DNA of 62,833 nucleotides from Bacteroidota bacterium (lineage in GTDB: Bacteria; Bacteroidota; Rhodothermia; Rhodothermales; UBA10348), in NCBI GenBank assembly GCA_022571255.1, contig JACZYD010000003.1:1-62833 (forward strand). Direction: 5' to 3'. Shown here in pieces: positions 44,841 through 54,254 of this stretch. Each line of letters starts with the position of its first letter. Position 1 is the first letter of the stretch. The position numbers and the translations under genes were made by a program. The notes under the pieces are model-generated. The model searched no databases, had not been told where the DNA came from, and saw only the letters and a list, made by a program, of their open reading frames with translations.

Positions 44841-45104
44841 GCGTTCCATCGCGTCCAGCTCGCCGTTGATTTTTTCACCCGGATCAAATTTTTCTGCGCG
44901 TTCCAGAAACAGCTTTTCAGTGATGGCGAGACCGGTGATTACGGCCGCAGTAAGATCCGATTGTTCGGGGTGGGCAGATTTGAAAGCGCGAAGGCGAGAG
45001 TCAAGATATTCAGCCATTTCGTGCGTTGCAGCGGCCTCATCTTCCTCAACGCGGAGCGTGTACTCTTTATCGAGAATGGTGATGCGAATCGGTTGAATCA
45101 TCAA
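44817..45104 (-). CDS. zapA: cell division protein ZapA
   Basis: 95 aa: RITILDKEYTLRVEEDE...AVITGLAITEKL plus a C-terminal coiled coil. Sits downstream of pheST as in many bacteria. Confidence 0.85.
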   Translation of the reverse strand: MMIQPIRITILDKEYTLRVEEDEAAATHEMAEYLDSRLRAFKSAHPEQSDLTAAVITGLAITEKLFLERAEKFDPGEKINGELDAMERKLSDALV

Positions 45105-45506
45105 TCACACCTCCTGCTTTTCGGCGACCTGACTTTCTTCGAATTGCTGCTCATTCATATGCGCGTCAATGGCCTTGATGTACCTCTCAATTCGTGATCG
45201 CAATTCCGTTGAGGATTCAGAAAAAACGACCGGGGTGCCTTCCACGCTCATCGATGGATGATTGGCAGCTTTTTCCAGATCACGGCGTATTTTTTTGTTT
45301 TCATTTCGAAGCCGCGCGAGTTCTCTGACCGTGAGATCGACCCGGTCGCGCAATCGTGCGAGTGAGTGCGTTCCTTTCATATTAATTGACGCATAAAAGA
45401 GAGTCCGGCCCGAAGGACTCGATGTGAACGTTTCTGTTTGGTCAAACATGGTCGCCTGCCGGGCGGAGGGGGGAGTACGTCGGTTCCGGTGAGAACTGTC
45501 AGTCAT
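45105..45506 (-). CDS. hypothetical coiled-coil protein (possible ZapB-like partner), start uncertain
   Basis: Stop abuts the zapA start. Heptad-rich LARLRDRVDLTVRELARLRNENKKIRRDLEK. Confidence 0.55.
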   Translation of the reverse strand: MTDSSHRNRRTPPSARQATMFDQTETFTSSPSGRTLFYASINMKGTHSLARLRDRVDLTVRELARLRNENKKIRRDLEKAANHPSMSVEGTPVVFSESSTELRSRIERYIKAIDAHMNEQQFEESQVAEKQEV

Positions 45507-45630
45507 ACTCGTTCAGGTAATTATAGAGGCGAACCTCCGAACGTCAACTCGGAGTACCTTTTCGGAAGGATTGTTTCGAATATACAGTTCCAACCGGTAC
45601 AATGTCAGCAGGCGCAAACGTAAACCGCAG

Positions 45631-48114
45631 TTACCGTCGAAGCTCGGCGCCCGATTCTGATTTGAGAACTTTCACGATCCCGTCAAAACAGAGGTCAACT
45701 TCTTTGTCAACCAGTGTGCGGTCTGCTGAGAATTTCAGCGAGAAAGCGACACTTTTCATGGTGCTGTCGATCTGATCGCCCTCATAAAGATCGAACACGG
45801 AAACTCCGCTGAGGAGTGGTTTCCCGCTTTCGCGGATCTGCTGAAGCAGTTTTCCGACAGGCGTATTCGCACCGACCGTGACGGCGAGGTCTCGTTCAAC
45901 CACGGGGAAACGACTGAAAGCCTCGTAGCGCTTTCGAAGAAACGGCTCCGCAAGCCGACTTATGGTTGACCAGTCCAGCTCAAGGAAAAAAAGAGGGGCA
46001 GGAATATCGTACTGTTTTCGGATCGAGGCTGATAACTCGCCGAGTACACCCACATATTCACCGACTGACGTGATGATCGAATAGGAAGACGCAACCGGGA
46101 ATTGCGACGTACCCGATTCGAATCGAACCTCGGCCAGATGTACGGCCCGAAGTAACGTCTCGGCAACTCCTTTGAGATCGAAATAATCCATCTTTCGAAC
46201 ATCCTGATGCAGACCCGACGCCGCGTCATCGCCCGAGACAACAAGCAGCAGGAGCTCTTTTTCCGTGTAGCCATCAATGATTGATTCGTTGGAATGGGCA
46301 CGGATTTGAACGTTGCCTATTTCAAAATAACGGAGCGACTTCCGTCCGTGGTTTGCGTTGTAACCCGCAATCGCGAGTGTCCCCGGAAGCAGGCTCGGCC
46401 TCAGAGCGGCCATTTCCTGAGAAATCGGGTTCAAGGTTTTCACGATGTTGCCGCCAAGGCGTCCACCCGGAAGTATATCAACCTGAAACGCCTCGGCCGT
46501 TTCGAGACGAAGCATACTGTTGGTATACAATTCCCGGAATCCGAGCGCGGCAAGGCGATCACGAATGTCTTCGCGCAACAATCTCTGCGCAGGTATCTCG
46601 ACAGCGTGGTCCGGCACTGATGAACGGACCGGTTCCGGAATTTTGTCAAACCCGTAGAGTCGTGCGACCTCCTCAATGATGTCTACTTCCCGCTCAATAT
46701 CTGGACGGAAAGTGGGAATCGTACAATCGAAGGATTCTTCATCGTCTGAGATCTGAATTTCGAACCCGATGGCTTCGAGCAGCGAGACCATCTTTGCGGC
46801 CGGTAAATCTACACCGATCAAGGCATTGGCACGGGCTCGGCGCAGTGTGACGCGCGTTGGCTTGACGGTTACCGAACGCGCAGAGACCATCCCCGGAACA
46901 AGCGTTCCTCCGGCCAACCGCACCATCAGTTCAGCCGCGCGTGCCGCCGCTCGCGCCTGAGCGCATGGATCAACACCTCGTTCAAAACGGTACGACGCAT
47001 CCGTTTGTATCTGAAGTTTTCTGGCGGTTCTTCTAATCTGGACGGGATCGAAATACGCACTTTCGATCAACACGCTGGTTGTCTCGCGAGTCACCTCTGA
47101 GTTCTCGCCCCCCATTATTCCGGCAATTGCGATATCGCGTTCGCCGTCGGCGATCATCATGGTTCCGGCGGGAAGCGTCCGCTTGTTGCCGTCGAGCGTG
47201 ACAAATTCAGTTTCGCCCGATGTTTTCCGAACAATGATTTTTGAATCGGCCAACGTATCGAAATCAAATCCGTGAAGGGGCTGTCCGAGTTCATACATCA
47301 CATAATTTGTGATGTCTACGATATTGTTTCTGGGACGCAGTCCAACAGCCAGAAGGCGCTGCTTCAGCCACCGGGGCGATTCGTCTACGCGAATGTCGCG
47401 TACCAGAATCCCAACGTATTCCTGGCAAACATCAGTCGCCTCAATGGTGACCGAGAATTCATCGGTCGCTGCTTTTCCATGGTCCGGAATATCAATCTCC
47501 GGCATCTTCAGCTGTTTTCCGGTCAATGCAGCTACATCGCGCGCAACGCCGACGTGGCAAACGGCATCAGGGCGATTGGGCGTGATGGCGATGTCGATCG
47601 CGTGATCGACGAGGGGTACACCTTCTTCTGATATCCAGTCAGAGAAGGCTTCGCCGACCGGGGCTTCATGATCCAGAACCAGAATGCCGTCCTGATCATC
47701 GCCCACGCCAAGCTCAACCTCCGAACAGATCATCCCGAATGAAACCTCGCCCCTGATTTTCGACTTTCGAACCGTGACAGCAATTTTTTCATTCGGGTCC
47801 TCGCGAGAAGGCATATGGAGGACACTGCCGATCGTGGCCACCGCGATTTTTTGTCCAGCCTCTACGTTGGGAGCTCCGCAGACAATCGTTACGGGTTCGG
47901 CCTCGCCGATTTTCACAGAGCATAATCGCAGACGATCGGCGTTCGGGTGTGGTTCGCACGTTAATACGTGACCAATAACCACACCGTCAAGCGAGGAGCC
48001 TATCTGCACAATTCCTTCCACTTCAAGACCACACATGGTGAGCAGTTCGGCGAGGTCATCGACCGAGAGATCGTGAGACACGTAGTCAGAAAGCCAGTGG
48101 TTACTGATGATCAT
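45631..48114 (-). CDS. pheT: phenylalanine--tRNA ligase beta subunit
   Basis: 827 aa. N-terminal tRNA-binding OB domain (VIGHVLTCEPHPNADRLRLCSVKIGE), B3/4 and B5 domains, and a C-terminal FDX-ACB-like domain. Confidence 0.95.
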   Translation of the reverse strand: MIISNHWLSDYVSHDLSVDDLAELLTMCGLEVEGIVQIGSSLDGVVIGHVLTCEPHPNADRLRLCSVKIGEAEPVTIVCGAPNVEAGQKIAVATIGSVLHMPSREDPNEKIAVTVRKSKIRGEVSFGMICSEVELGVGDDQDGILVLDHEAPVGEAFSDWISEEGVPLVDHAIDIAITPNRPDAVCHVGVARDVAALTGKQLKMPEIDIPDHGKAATDEFSVTIEATDVCQEYVGILVRDIRVDESPRWLKQRLLAVGLRPRNNIVDITNYVMYELGQPLHGFDFDTLADSKIIVRKTSGETEFVTLDGNKRTLPAGTMMIADGERDIAIAGIMGGENSEVTRETTSVLIESAYFDPVQIRRTARKLQIQTDASYRFERGVDPCAQARAAARAAELMVRLAGGTLVPGMVSARSVTVKPTRVTLRRARANALIGVDLPAAKMVSLLEAIGFEIQISDDEESFDCTIPTFRPDIEREVDIIEEVARLYGFDKIPEPVRSSVPDHAVEIPAQRLLREDIRDRLAALGFRELYTNSMLRLETAEAFQVDILPGGRLGGNIVKTLNPISQEMAALRPSLLPGTLAIAGYNANHGRKSLRYFEIGNVQIRAHSNESIIDGYTEKELLLLVVSGDDAASGLHQDVRKMDYFDLKGVAETLLRAVHLAEVRFESGTSQFPVASSYSIITSVGEYVGVLGELSASIRKQYDIPAPLFFLELDWSTISRLAEPFLRKRYEAFSRFPVVERDLAVTVGANTPVGKLLQQIRESGKPLLSGVSVFDLYEGDQIDSTMKSVAFSLKFSADRTLVDKEVDLCFDGIVKVLKSESGAELRR

Positions 48115-48165
48115 AAGCTGAATCGTTGTAAAGCTTAATCGCTTTGAAGCGGAATCGTTTTCGAT

Positions 48166-49194
48166 CTACGCGAACTGTGACAAAAAGCGTTCGTCATTCT
48201 CGTAAAGGATGCGAATATCTTCGATGCCGTAGCGCAGCATAGCAATGCGTTCGATTCCCATTCCGAAGGCATAACCCGTGTACCGCTCCGGATCGACGCC
48301 AACAGCGGACAAAACATTGGGGTCGACCATCCCGCAGCCCAGGATTTCAAGCCATCGTCCACCGCCCGGGAGCGAGTCGTCTTTCCACCAGATGTCGACT
48401 TCGGCGCTTGGTTCTGTGAACGGAAAAAAACTGGGTCGGAATCGCATCCGGACATCTTCGCCGAAGAGGACTCTCGCAAATACATGCAAAATGTGTTTCA
48501 GATCACCCATCGATACATTTTCATCGACGTACAGTCCTTCGACCTGGTGAAACAGGCAGTATGATTTGTACGAAATTGCCTCATTTCTGTAGACGCGCCC
48601 GGGAACGATCACGCGAATCGGGGGCTTCTGGCTTTGAAGAACACGAATCTGGACGGGCGACGTGTGAGTTCTCAGCAGGATACCGTCATGTTTGTCCGAT
48701 GGTGCCTCGATGAAAAACGTATCCTGCATGTCACGGGCAGGATGGTCCGGCGGGAAATTCAGGGCCGTAAAATTATGCCAGTCATCTTCTATTTCCGGGC
48801 CTTCTTCGACCGTAAACCCGTAGGATTCAAACACGCGTATGATCAGGCGGTGCGTCTGTGTGAGCGGATGCACAGAGCCCTCTGGCAAGGTCCGACCCGG
48901 AAGCGAAAGATCGAGATCATTTGAGGTAACGGCCTGTGTTTGCGCGGCATTCTGTGCGGTCTCGATTCGTTCCATCGCCCTGGACTTCAGTGCGTTTACG
49001 CGCTGGCCAAAAGCCTTCCGATCACCAGGATCCACTTCTGGAATTCGTTTCATCAGGCCTGTAATACGGCCCTGTTTTTTGCCCAGAAAACGAATCCTGA
49101 ATGATTCGATCGACTCGTCCGAGTGGAGACTGGCGGACTCAATCTCTTTGTTGAGCTCGTTCAGGGTGTCATCTATGTTCGCGGAGTCACTCAT
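48166..49194 (-). CDS. pheS: phenylalanine--tRNA ligase alpha subunit
   Basis: [48 protein letters not shown] and [13 protein letters not shown] at 49194; the longer ORF would include the terminator hairpin. Confidence 0.95.
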   Translation of the reverse strand: MSDSANIDDTLNELNKEIESASLHSDESIESFRIRFLGKKQGRITGLMKRIPEVDPGDRKAFGQRVNALKSRAMERIETAQNAAQTQAVTSNDLDLSLPGRTLPEGSVHPLTQTHRLIIRVFESYGFTVEEGPEIEDDWHNFTALNFPPDHPARDMQDTFFIEAPSDKHDGILLRTHTSPVQIRVLQSQKPPIRVIVPGRVYRNEAISYKSYCLFHQVEGLYVDENVSMGDLKHILHVFARVLFGEDVRMRFRPSFFPFTEPSAEVDIWWKDDSLPGGGRWLEILGCGMVDPNVLSAVGVDPERYTGYAFGMGIERIAMLRYGIEDIRILYENDERFLSQFA

Positions 49195-49204
49195 GGCCTG
49201 GCTT

Positions 49205-49256
49205 TTGCAAAAACAGAAAAATCCCGCCAACCTGGAATTCAGGGGCGGGATTTTTA
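49205..49256 (-). terminator. intrinsic terminator/attenuator hairpin between rplT and pheS
   Basis: The minus strand reads aaaaATCCCGCCcctgaattccaggttGGCGGGATttttctgttttt. The stem is 8 bp and GC-rich (49221-49228 / 49244-49251), with an inner CCTG/CAGG pair and a U-tract. It ends ~10 nt before the pheS ATG. Confidence 0.6.
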
Positions 49257-49276
49257 AATGGATTTCATACCGTAAC

Positions 49277-49624
49277 CTACTTCTTGGTTGCGGCTACAAC
49301 CTTGGTGAAGGCTTTTGGATCATGCATGGCAAGATCAGCCATCACTTTTCGGTTAAGCTGAATATCTGCTTTTCTGAGCGATCCAATCAACTGTGAGTAG
49401 GTTGTACCATTGAGTCTCGCGGCCGCATTGATTCTGGCAATCCAGAGGCGGCGGAATTGACGCTTGCGCTGTCGGCGGTCCCGATATGCATATTGCAGAC
49501 TTTTATCTACGGCATGTTTTGCAACCGTATAAATCGTTCCGCGTCGGCCCCAGAATCCTTTCGCCCGTTGAAGAACGCGTCGACGACGGGCCTTGGCAGC
49601 TACTCTATTTTTTACGCGTGGCAT
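49277..49624 (-). CDS. rplT: 50S ribosomal protein L20
   Basis: [28 protein letters not shown]..., 115 aa. Confidence 0.97.
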   Translation of the reverse strand: MPRVKNRVAAKARRRRVLQRAKGFWGRRGTIYTVAKHAVDKSLQYAYRDRRQRKRQFRRLWIARINAAARLNGTTYSQLIGSLRKADIQLNRKVMADLAMHDPKAFTKVVAATKK

Positions 49625-49667
49625 TTTTTGCTAATCCTTTTTCAGTCTTTCTGATACGAATCAGGCA

Positions 49668-49865
49668 CTAATGTGCACTGATCAGTCGTTTCATTCGAGG
49701 CTCGTCAGCTTTGTCGACAAGTGTGGTGCCCCGAAGATTTCGTTTTCTTTTCGGCGATTTTTTTGTCAGGATATGACTTCTATACGCCTTTTTGCGCTTG
49801 AGTTTTCCTGATGCGGTCCGCTTAAAGCGTTTTTTTGCACCGCTGTTTGACTTCATTTTGGGCAT
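49668..49865 (-). CDS. rpmI: 50S ribosomal protein L35
   Basis: [37 protein letters not shown]..., 65 aa. Confidence 0.97.
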   Translation of the reverse strand: MPKMKSNSGAKKRFKRTASGKLKRKKAYRSHILTKKSPKRKRNLRGTTLVDKADEPRMKRLISAH

Positions 49866-50013
49866 TACCGCACCGTCAATATGGTCTTGAAATGGATCTG
49901 ATTGAACCGCAAAAAATAAGGTGCTGTAACACGTGTCGCAACAAATGGTCTGGCTCGGACAGCCTTTATCGTGGGGAATTTTGGTGAATCGGTGCGCTAA
50001 GCAATGTGCGTGT

Positions 50014-50538
50014 TTACGCCTTTTTCTTGACCGGAGTAAGAATCGTCGTCATCCTTCGACCTTCCATCCGGGGTTCCTGGTCAATTTTTGCGACATCCGC
50101 GAGTTCTTCCAGAAAACGCCTCAGGAGATCCATTCCGTGGTCTTTATAGATGATGTCCCGGCCCCGAAACTGTACGTATGCTCTCACTTTATCACCGTGA
50201 AGAAGAAATTTACGTGCGTGTTTTGTCTTGAAATCAAAATCGTGGACGTCCGTGTGCGGGCGGAATCGGATTTCCTTCAACTCGACATTGTGGGATTTCT
50301 TTCGAGCTTCTTTTTCTTTTTTCTGCTGTTCGTACCGAAATTTTCCGTAATCCATGACCTTGCAGACAGGTGGATCGGCGTCCGGGGAGATTTCAACGAG
50401 ATCAAGGTCTCGTTCATCTGCAAGTTTGATAGCGTCTTCGAGGCTGTAAATGCCGTGTTCACCTCCGGGATCGACGACACGAACATTTTCGGCACGGATC
50501 TGGTCGTTAACACGAACTCGTTTCTTTGCGATGGGAAT
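50014..50538 (-). CDS. infC: translation initiation factor IF-3 (ATT start codon)
   Basis: The ORF-track entry (113 aa from MDYGKF) covers only the C-domain. Extending the frame gives (I)[66 protein letters not shown], the IF-3 N-domain. The only plausible start is ATT at 50538-50536; the length is 175 codons. Confidence 0.9.
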   Translation of the reverse strand: MPIAKKRVRVNDQIRAENVRVVDPGGEHGIYSLEDAIKLADERDLDLVEISPDADPPVCKVMDYGKFRYEQQKKEKEARKKSHNVELKEIRFRPHTDVHDFDFKTKHARKFLLHGDKVRAYVQFRGRDIIYKDHGMDLLRRFLEELADVAKIDQEPRMEGRRMTTILTPVKKKA

Positions 50539-50609
50539 ACAGGTTTGTTTAAATGGAGGACGAAATATACAGTTTAATCAACAGTCAACGGAAACGGGAT
50601 CGTTTTTGT

Positions 50610-52565
50610 TCAGCTTAATCCGGCTTCGAGACGAGTATTTTTCATTTCACTTTTGATGTCGTCGATAAAATCATGTACCGAACGAACTCCCAGGTCTCCT
50701 CCTCCGTGTCTGCGAACTGAAACGGTCCCGTTTTCCTGTTCGCGCTTACCCACCACGAGCATGAAGGGAATCTTCTGCATTTCAGCGTGTCGGATTTTGT
50801 AACTGACTTTTTCGTTACGCATATCCGTGTCGACACGGATACCTGCGTCCATTAACGTTGTTTTGACTTGGGAAGCATAGTCTTCGAAATCCTGACCGAC
50901 TGGCAAAACTATCACCTGCACGGGGGCCAGCCAAGTGGGAAAGTTGCCTCCGCAGTGTTCGATCAGTACAGCGATGAATCGCTCAAGTGAGCCAAGCGGT
51001 GCGCGGTGAATCATCACCGGCCGGTGTTTCTGATTGTCTTCTCCAATGTATGTCAGATCGAATCTTTCGGGTAGTGTGTAGTCGAGCTGCACGGTTCCGA
51101 GCTGCCACTGGCGACCAAGCGCATCGCGAACCATGAAGTCCAGTTTTGGTCCGTAAAAAGCGGCTTCTCCAATTTCTTCGGTCGCCTCCAGATCCATCTC
51201 CCTTGTTGCTTCTCGAATGGCGTTCTCGGCAGCATCCCAGACCGCACTGTCGCCGACATATTTTTCCATGTCTTGAGGATCACGAAGAGATATCTGCGCC
51301 GTGAAATCCGAAAAACCGAACATTCTGTATACTTTGAGGGTCAGGTCGATGACATCCTTGAATTCATCCTTGACCTGTTCATTCGTACAGAAAATGTGTG
51401 CGTCATCGATGGTAAATCCACGCACGCGCATCAGACCGCTCAGTTCGCCGGATTGTTCGTATCGGTATACATTGCCAAACTCGGCCAGACGAATGGGAAG
51501 CTCTCGATACGAGTGCGGTTTGTCCGCATAAATCTGAGTGTGATGAGGGCAGTTCATCGGTTTGAGCAGATAGCCTTCTTCCTCGTCGTCCATCATGGGA
51601 GGGAACTGGCTGTCTTTATAATAAGGGTAGTGACCGCTTATTTTGTAGAGTTCAAGTCGCCCGATATGCGGAGTCACCACGGGCAGATACCCGCGTCGGA
51701 GCTGTTCTTCTTTCAGGAAATTTATCAACGTATCGCGGAGAATGGCTCCTTTCGGCAGCCATAACGGCAGTCCCGAGCCCACAAGCGGACTGAATGTGAA
51801 CAACTCCAGATCTTTACCCAGTTTACGGTGGTCGCGCTCGCGGGCGAGTTCACGCATTTCAAGAAATTCATCGAGCTGTTTCTTTTTAGGGAAGCTGATC
51901 CCGTAGAGGCGCGTGAGCTGTTTCCGTTTCTGATCACCCCGCCAGTAAGCACCGGCGATGTTCAGCAGCTTGGTATACCTGATGTTCTTTGTGTTTGGTA
52001 TGTGCGGTCCCCGGCACAGATCGGTGAAATTGCCCTGGGTATAAAACGTTATCGAACCATCCTGGAGATCTTCCAGCAGTTCGAGCTTGTATTCGTCTCC
52101 TTTTTCCTTGAAATAGGCGATGGCATCGGCCTTGCTGACCGATCGACGTTCGTAAGGAGCTGCGCGCCGGGCGAGCTCTGCCATTTTGGTTTCGATGGAG
52201 AGGAGGTCCTCTGCTTTGAGAGACCGATCGCCGAGATCAACGTCGTAATAAAAACCATTCTCTATCGCGGGTCCTATACCGAATTTTGTGCCCGGGAAAA
52301 GCGATTCCAGCGCCTCGGCCATCAAGTGCGCAGAGGAGTGCCAGTAGGTCGCTCGGCCTTCTTCATTGCGATCCGTGTAGACGGCAAATGTTCCACTTTC
52401 TTCGATGGGCCTCAGGAGGTCTCGCACCTCGCCGTTTACGCCTACGGAAAGCGCCGCGCGAGCCAGGCCCTCCGAGATGCTTCTGGCCACATCCAGCCCG
52501 TTCACGCCGTTTTCAAATTCGTGCGCACTGCCGTCCGGGAAAGTAAGTGTGATCTGCTCCGCCAT
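50610..52565 (-). CDS. thrS: threonine--tRNA ligase
   Basis: ATG at 52565 gives MAEQITLTFPDGS (TGS domain). Also HSSAHLMAEA editing motif, MNCPHH, and FGNVYRYEQSGELSGLMRVRGFTIDDAHIF class II motifs. Confidence 0.96.
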   Translation of the reverse strand: MAEQITLTFPDGSAHEFENGVNGLDVARSISEGLARAALSVGVNGEVRDLLRPIEESGTFAVYTDRNEEGRATYWHSSAHLMAEALESLFPGTKFGIGPAIENGFYYDVDLGDRSLKAEDLLSIETKMAELARRAAPYERRSVSKADAIAYFKEKGDEYKLELLEDLQDGSITFYTQGNFTDLCRGPHIPNTKNIRYTKLLNIAGAYWRGDQKRKQLTRLYGISFPKKKQLDEFLEMRELARERDHRKLGKDLELFTFSPLVGSGLPLWLPKGAILRDTLINFLKEEQLRRGYLPVVTPHIGRLELYKISGHYPYYKDSQFPPMMDDEEEGYLLKPMNCPHHTQIYADKPHSYRELPIRLAEFGNVYRYEQSGELSGLMRVRGFTIDDAHIFCTNEQVKDEFKDVIDLTLKVYRMFGFSDFTAQISLRDPQDMEKYVGDSAVWDAAENAIREATREMDLEATEEIGEAAFYGPKLDFMVRDALGRQWQLGTVQLDYTLPERFDLTYIGEDNQKHRPVMIHRAPLGSLERFIAVLIEHCGGNFPTWLAPVQVIVLPVGQDFEDYASQVKTTLMDAGIRVDTDMRNEKVSYKIRHAEMQKIPFMLVVGKREQENGTVSVRRHGGGDLGVRSVHDFIDDIKSEMKNTRLEAGLS

Positions 52566-52568
52566 TGT

Positions 52569-52613
52569 CAGCTTTGTTCGATACAGCTTTGTGTGATACA
52601 GCCCTGTACGATA
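52569..52613. repeat. tandem repeat, 15 nt x 3 ending 3 nt upstream of the thrS ATG
   Basis: The minus strand reads tatcgtacagggctg / tatcacacaaagctg / tatcgaacaaagctg aca ATG. It is in frame with thrS (YRTGL/YHTKL/YRTKL). Confidence 0.9.
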
Positions 52614-52756
52614 GAATTCAAGGATCCGAAATATACGACGGCTTCCATCGTGGGCTTTCGAAGAAAGTATGGAGGAAGGCGAACGCACTATACCGGAATG
52701 TCATAAAACTGTACCGTCATGGAGGCGTGGAGATGAAGGGCTGTGAACGTTCGTGT

Positions 52757-52853
52757 TAACAGGCCCTGATTCTGCGGGCGTGGGGGACTCCCTGATCGCT
52801 GTCCGCGGCATCGAATATTAAACGGCCTGATTCTACGCGCGTGGGGGACTCCC
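52757..52853. repeat. two ~35-nt direct repeats (ggcctgattctNcgNgcgtgggggactccc) 62 nt apart, upstream of nirK
   Basis: Copies at 52757-52792 and 52819-52853. The second carries a 7-bp G5/C5 hairpin (GTGGGGG act CCCCCAC). Confidence 0.75.
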
Positions 52854-53010
52854 CCACACGATTTCAAGGGTCGTTCCCGCCATCGGCTACGCCGTGTTCC
52901 TACGCGACTTGTCAGGACTGTATCCTAATGTCTGATGTCTGGTCTTATGCATTGGCACCGGTAATATTTTCACGGCCCGTACTCAGAACACTGAACTCGA
53001 AGGCATCCCT

Positions 53011-54242
53011 ATGAAGACGATCGGTAATCTCCGCCCCCTGTCGTGGGTAGTTTCATTATTCCTCCTTCTGTCGGCTGCACTGGTATTTTCCGCGTCTCGC
53101 GGAGAAGTAAAAACGGGAGGCGAAGAAAATGCCGTGCTCACGTTCGCTCCGAACGTACCTCCGGCCATATCGCGGGATTACGCAAAAAAAGTCATCGTCG
53201 AGCTGGAGACGGTGGAGAGAATCGGTCGACTGGCTGATGGTGTTGAATATGCGTTCTGTACGTGTATCATTGTGCTACAGCCCCGGTCGGAATGCACATC
53301 TCCAACGGTATGTACGGCCTGATTTATGTCGAGCCCAAAGAAGGTCTTCCTCCGGTCGATCACGAGTATTATGTCTTTCAGAGCGAATTTTATACGGGTG
53401 GCTCGTACGGGGAAGGAGGTCTGCAGCCTTTTGATATGGCTGAGGCGCTTCGCGAAACGCCTGACTATGTTGTTTTTAACGGCTCCGTGGGCGCCCTCAC
53501 CGAGGCGAATGCCATGACGGCGAATGTCGGTGAGACGATCCGGCTTTTCGTAGGAAACGGTGGACCCAATCTGATTTCCTCGTTTCATGTCATCGGTGAA
53601 CAATTCGATGTCGTTTATCAGGAAGGCGGCACGATTGCAACTCAGCAAAATGTCCAGACCACCCTTATCCCCCCGGGTGGCTCGGCGATCGTAGAATTCA
53701 AGGTGGATGTACCCGGCGTATACCACGTCGTCGACCACTCGATATTCCGTGCTTTTAACAAAGGTGCTCTCGGAACGCTGGTTGTTCACGGAGATCCGCA
53801 GCCGGAAATTTATACAGGCCTGCAGGACGCAGCCGTTTATCTGCCCGAAGGAGGTGGGATTCAGGAAATCATCATCATCGAGGAAGAGGGTCCGCAACCT
53901 GTATTGAATTATGCAGAGAAAATGGAAGTGGGTCGCCGATTATACGCTCAGAACTGTGCGGCCTGTCATCAACCGGAAGGGCAGGGCATTACGGGCGCGT
54001 TTCCTCCCCTCGCGGGGTCTGATTATCTTTTGCAGGACCCCGAAGCCGCAATTGCTATCGTTTTATACGGATTGAGTGTGCCCATCCAGGTGAACAGCGT
54101 GGCGTACGACGGCGTCATGCCGGCCGTCCATCTTTCCGACACGGATGTCGCGAGCATTCTCACCTTTGTCATGAATTCATTTGGCAACGACCTCGGGGAA
54201 ATCAGTATCGAGAAGGTACTTGAGGTACGCTCTCAGCAGTAG
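53011..54242 (+). pseudogene. nirK: copper-containing nitrite reductase with C-terminal cytochrome c domain, disrupted by an internal out-of-frame deletion
   Basis: Frame 1 (53011-~53256) reads signal peptide...APNVPPAISRDYAKKVIVELETVERIGRLADGVEYAF. Frame 3 from ~53259 reads YVYHCATAPVGMHISNGMYGLIYVEPKEGLPPVDHEYY...GNGGPNLISSFHVIGEQFD...CAACH. About 70 residues, including the HN.DFH copper-ligand segment, are missing between the two parts. Confidence 0.85.
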
Positions 54243-54254
54243 ACTGTCGCCGGA

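Noticed and set aside
49866-50013. Possible L20-binding leader between infC and rpmI.
   Set aside because: The 148-nt gap is in the right place, but I could not identify the pseudoknot or stem mimic by eye. No call made.
52757-52853. Possible mini-CRISPR (two ~35-nt repeats with a ~27-nt spacer).
   Set aside because: There are only two copies, they differ at several positions, and no cas genes or further repeats are present. Treated as a duplicated regulatory or REP-like element instead.
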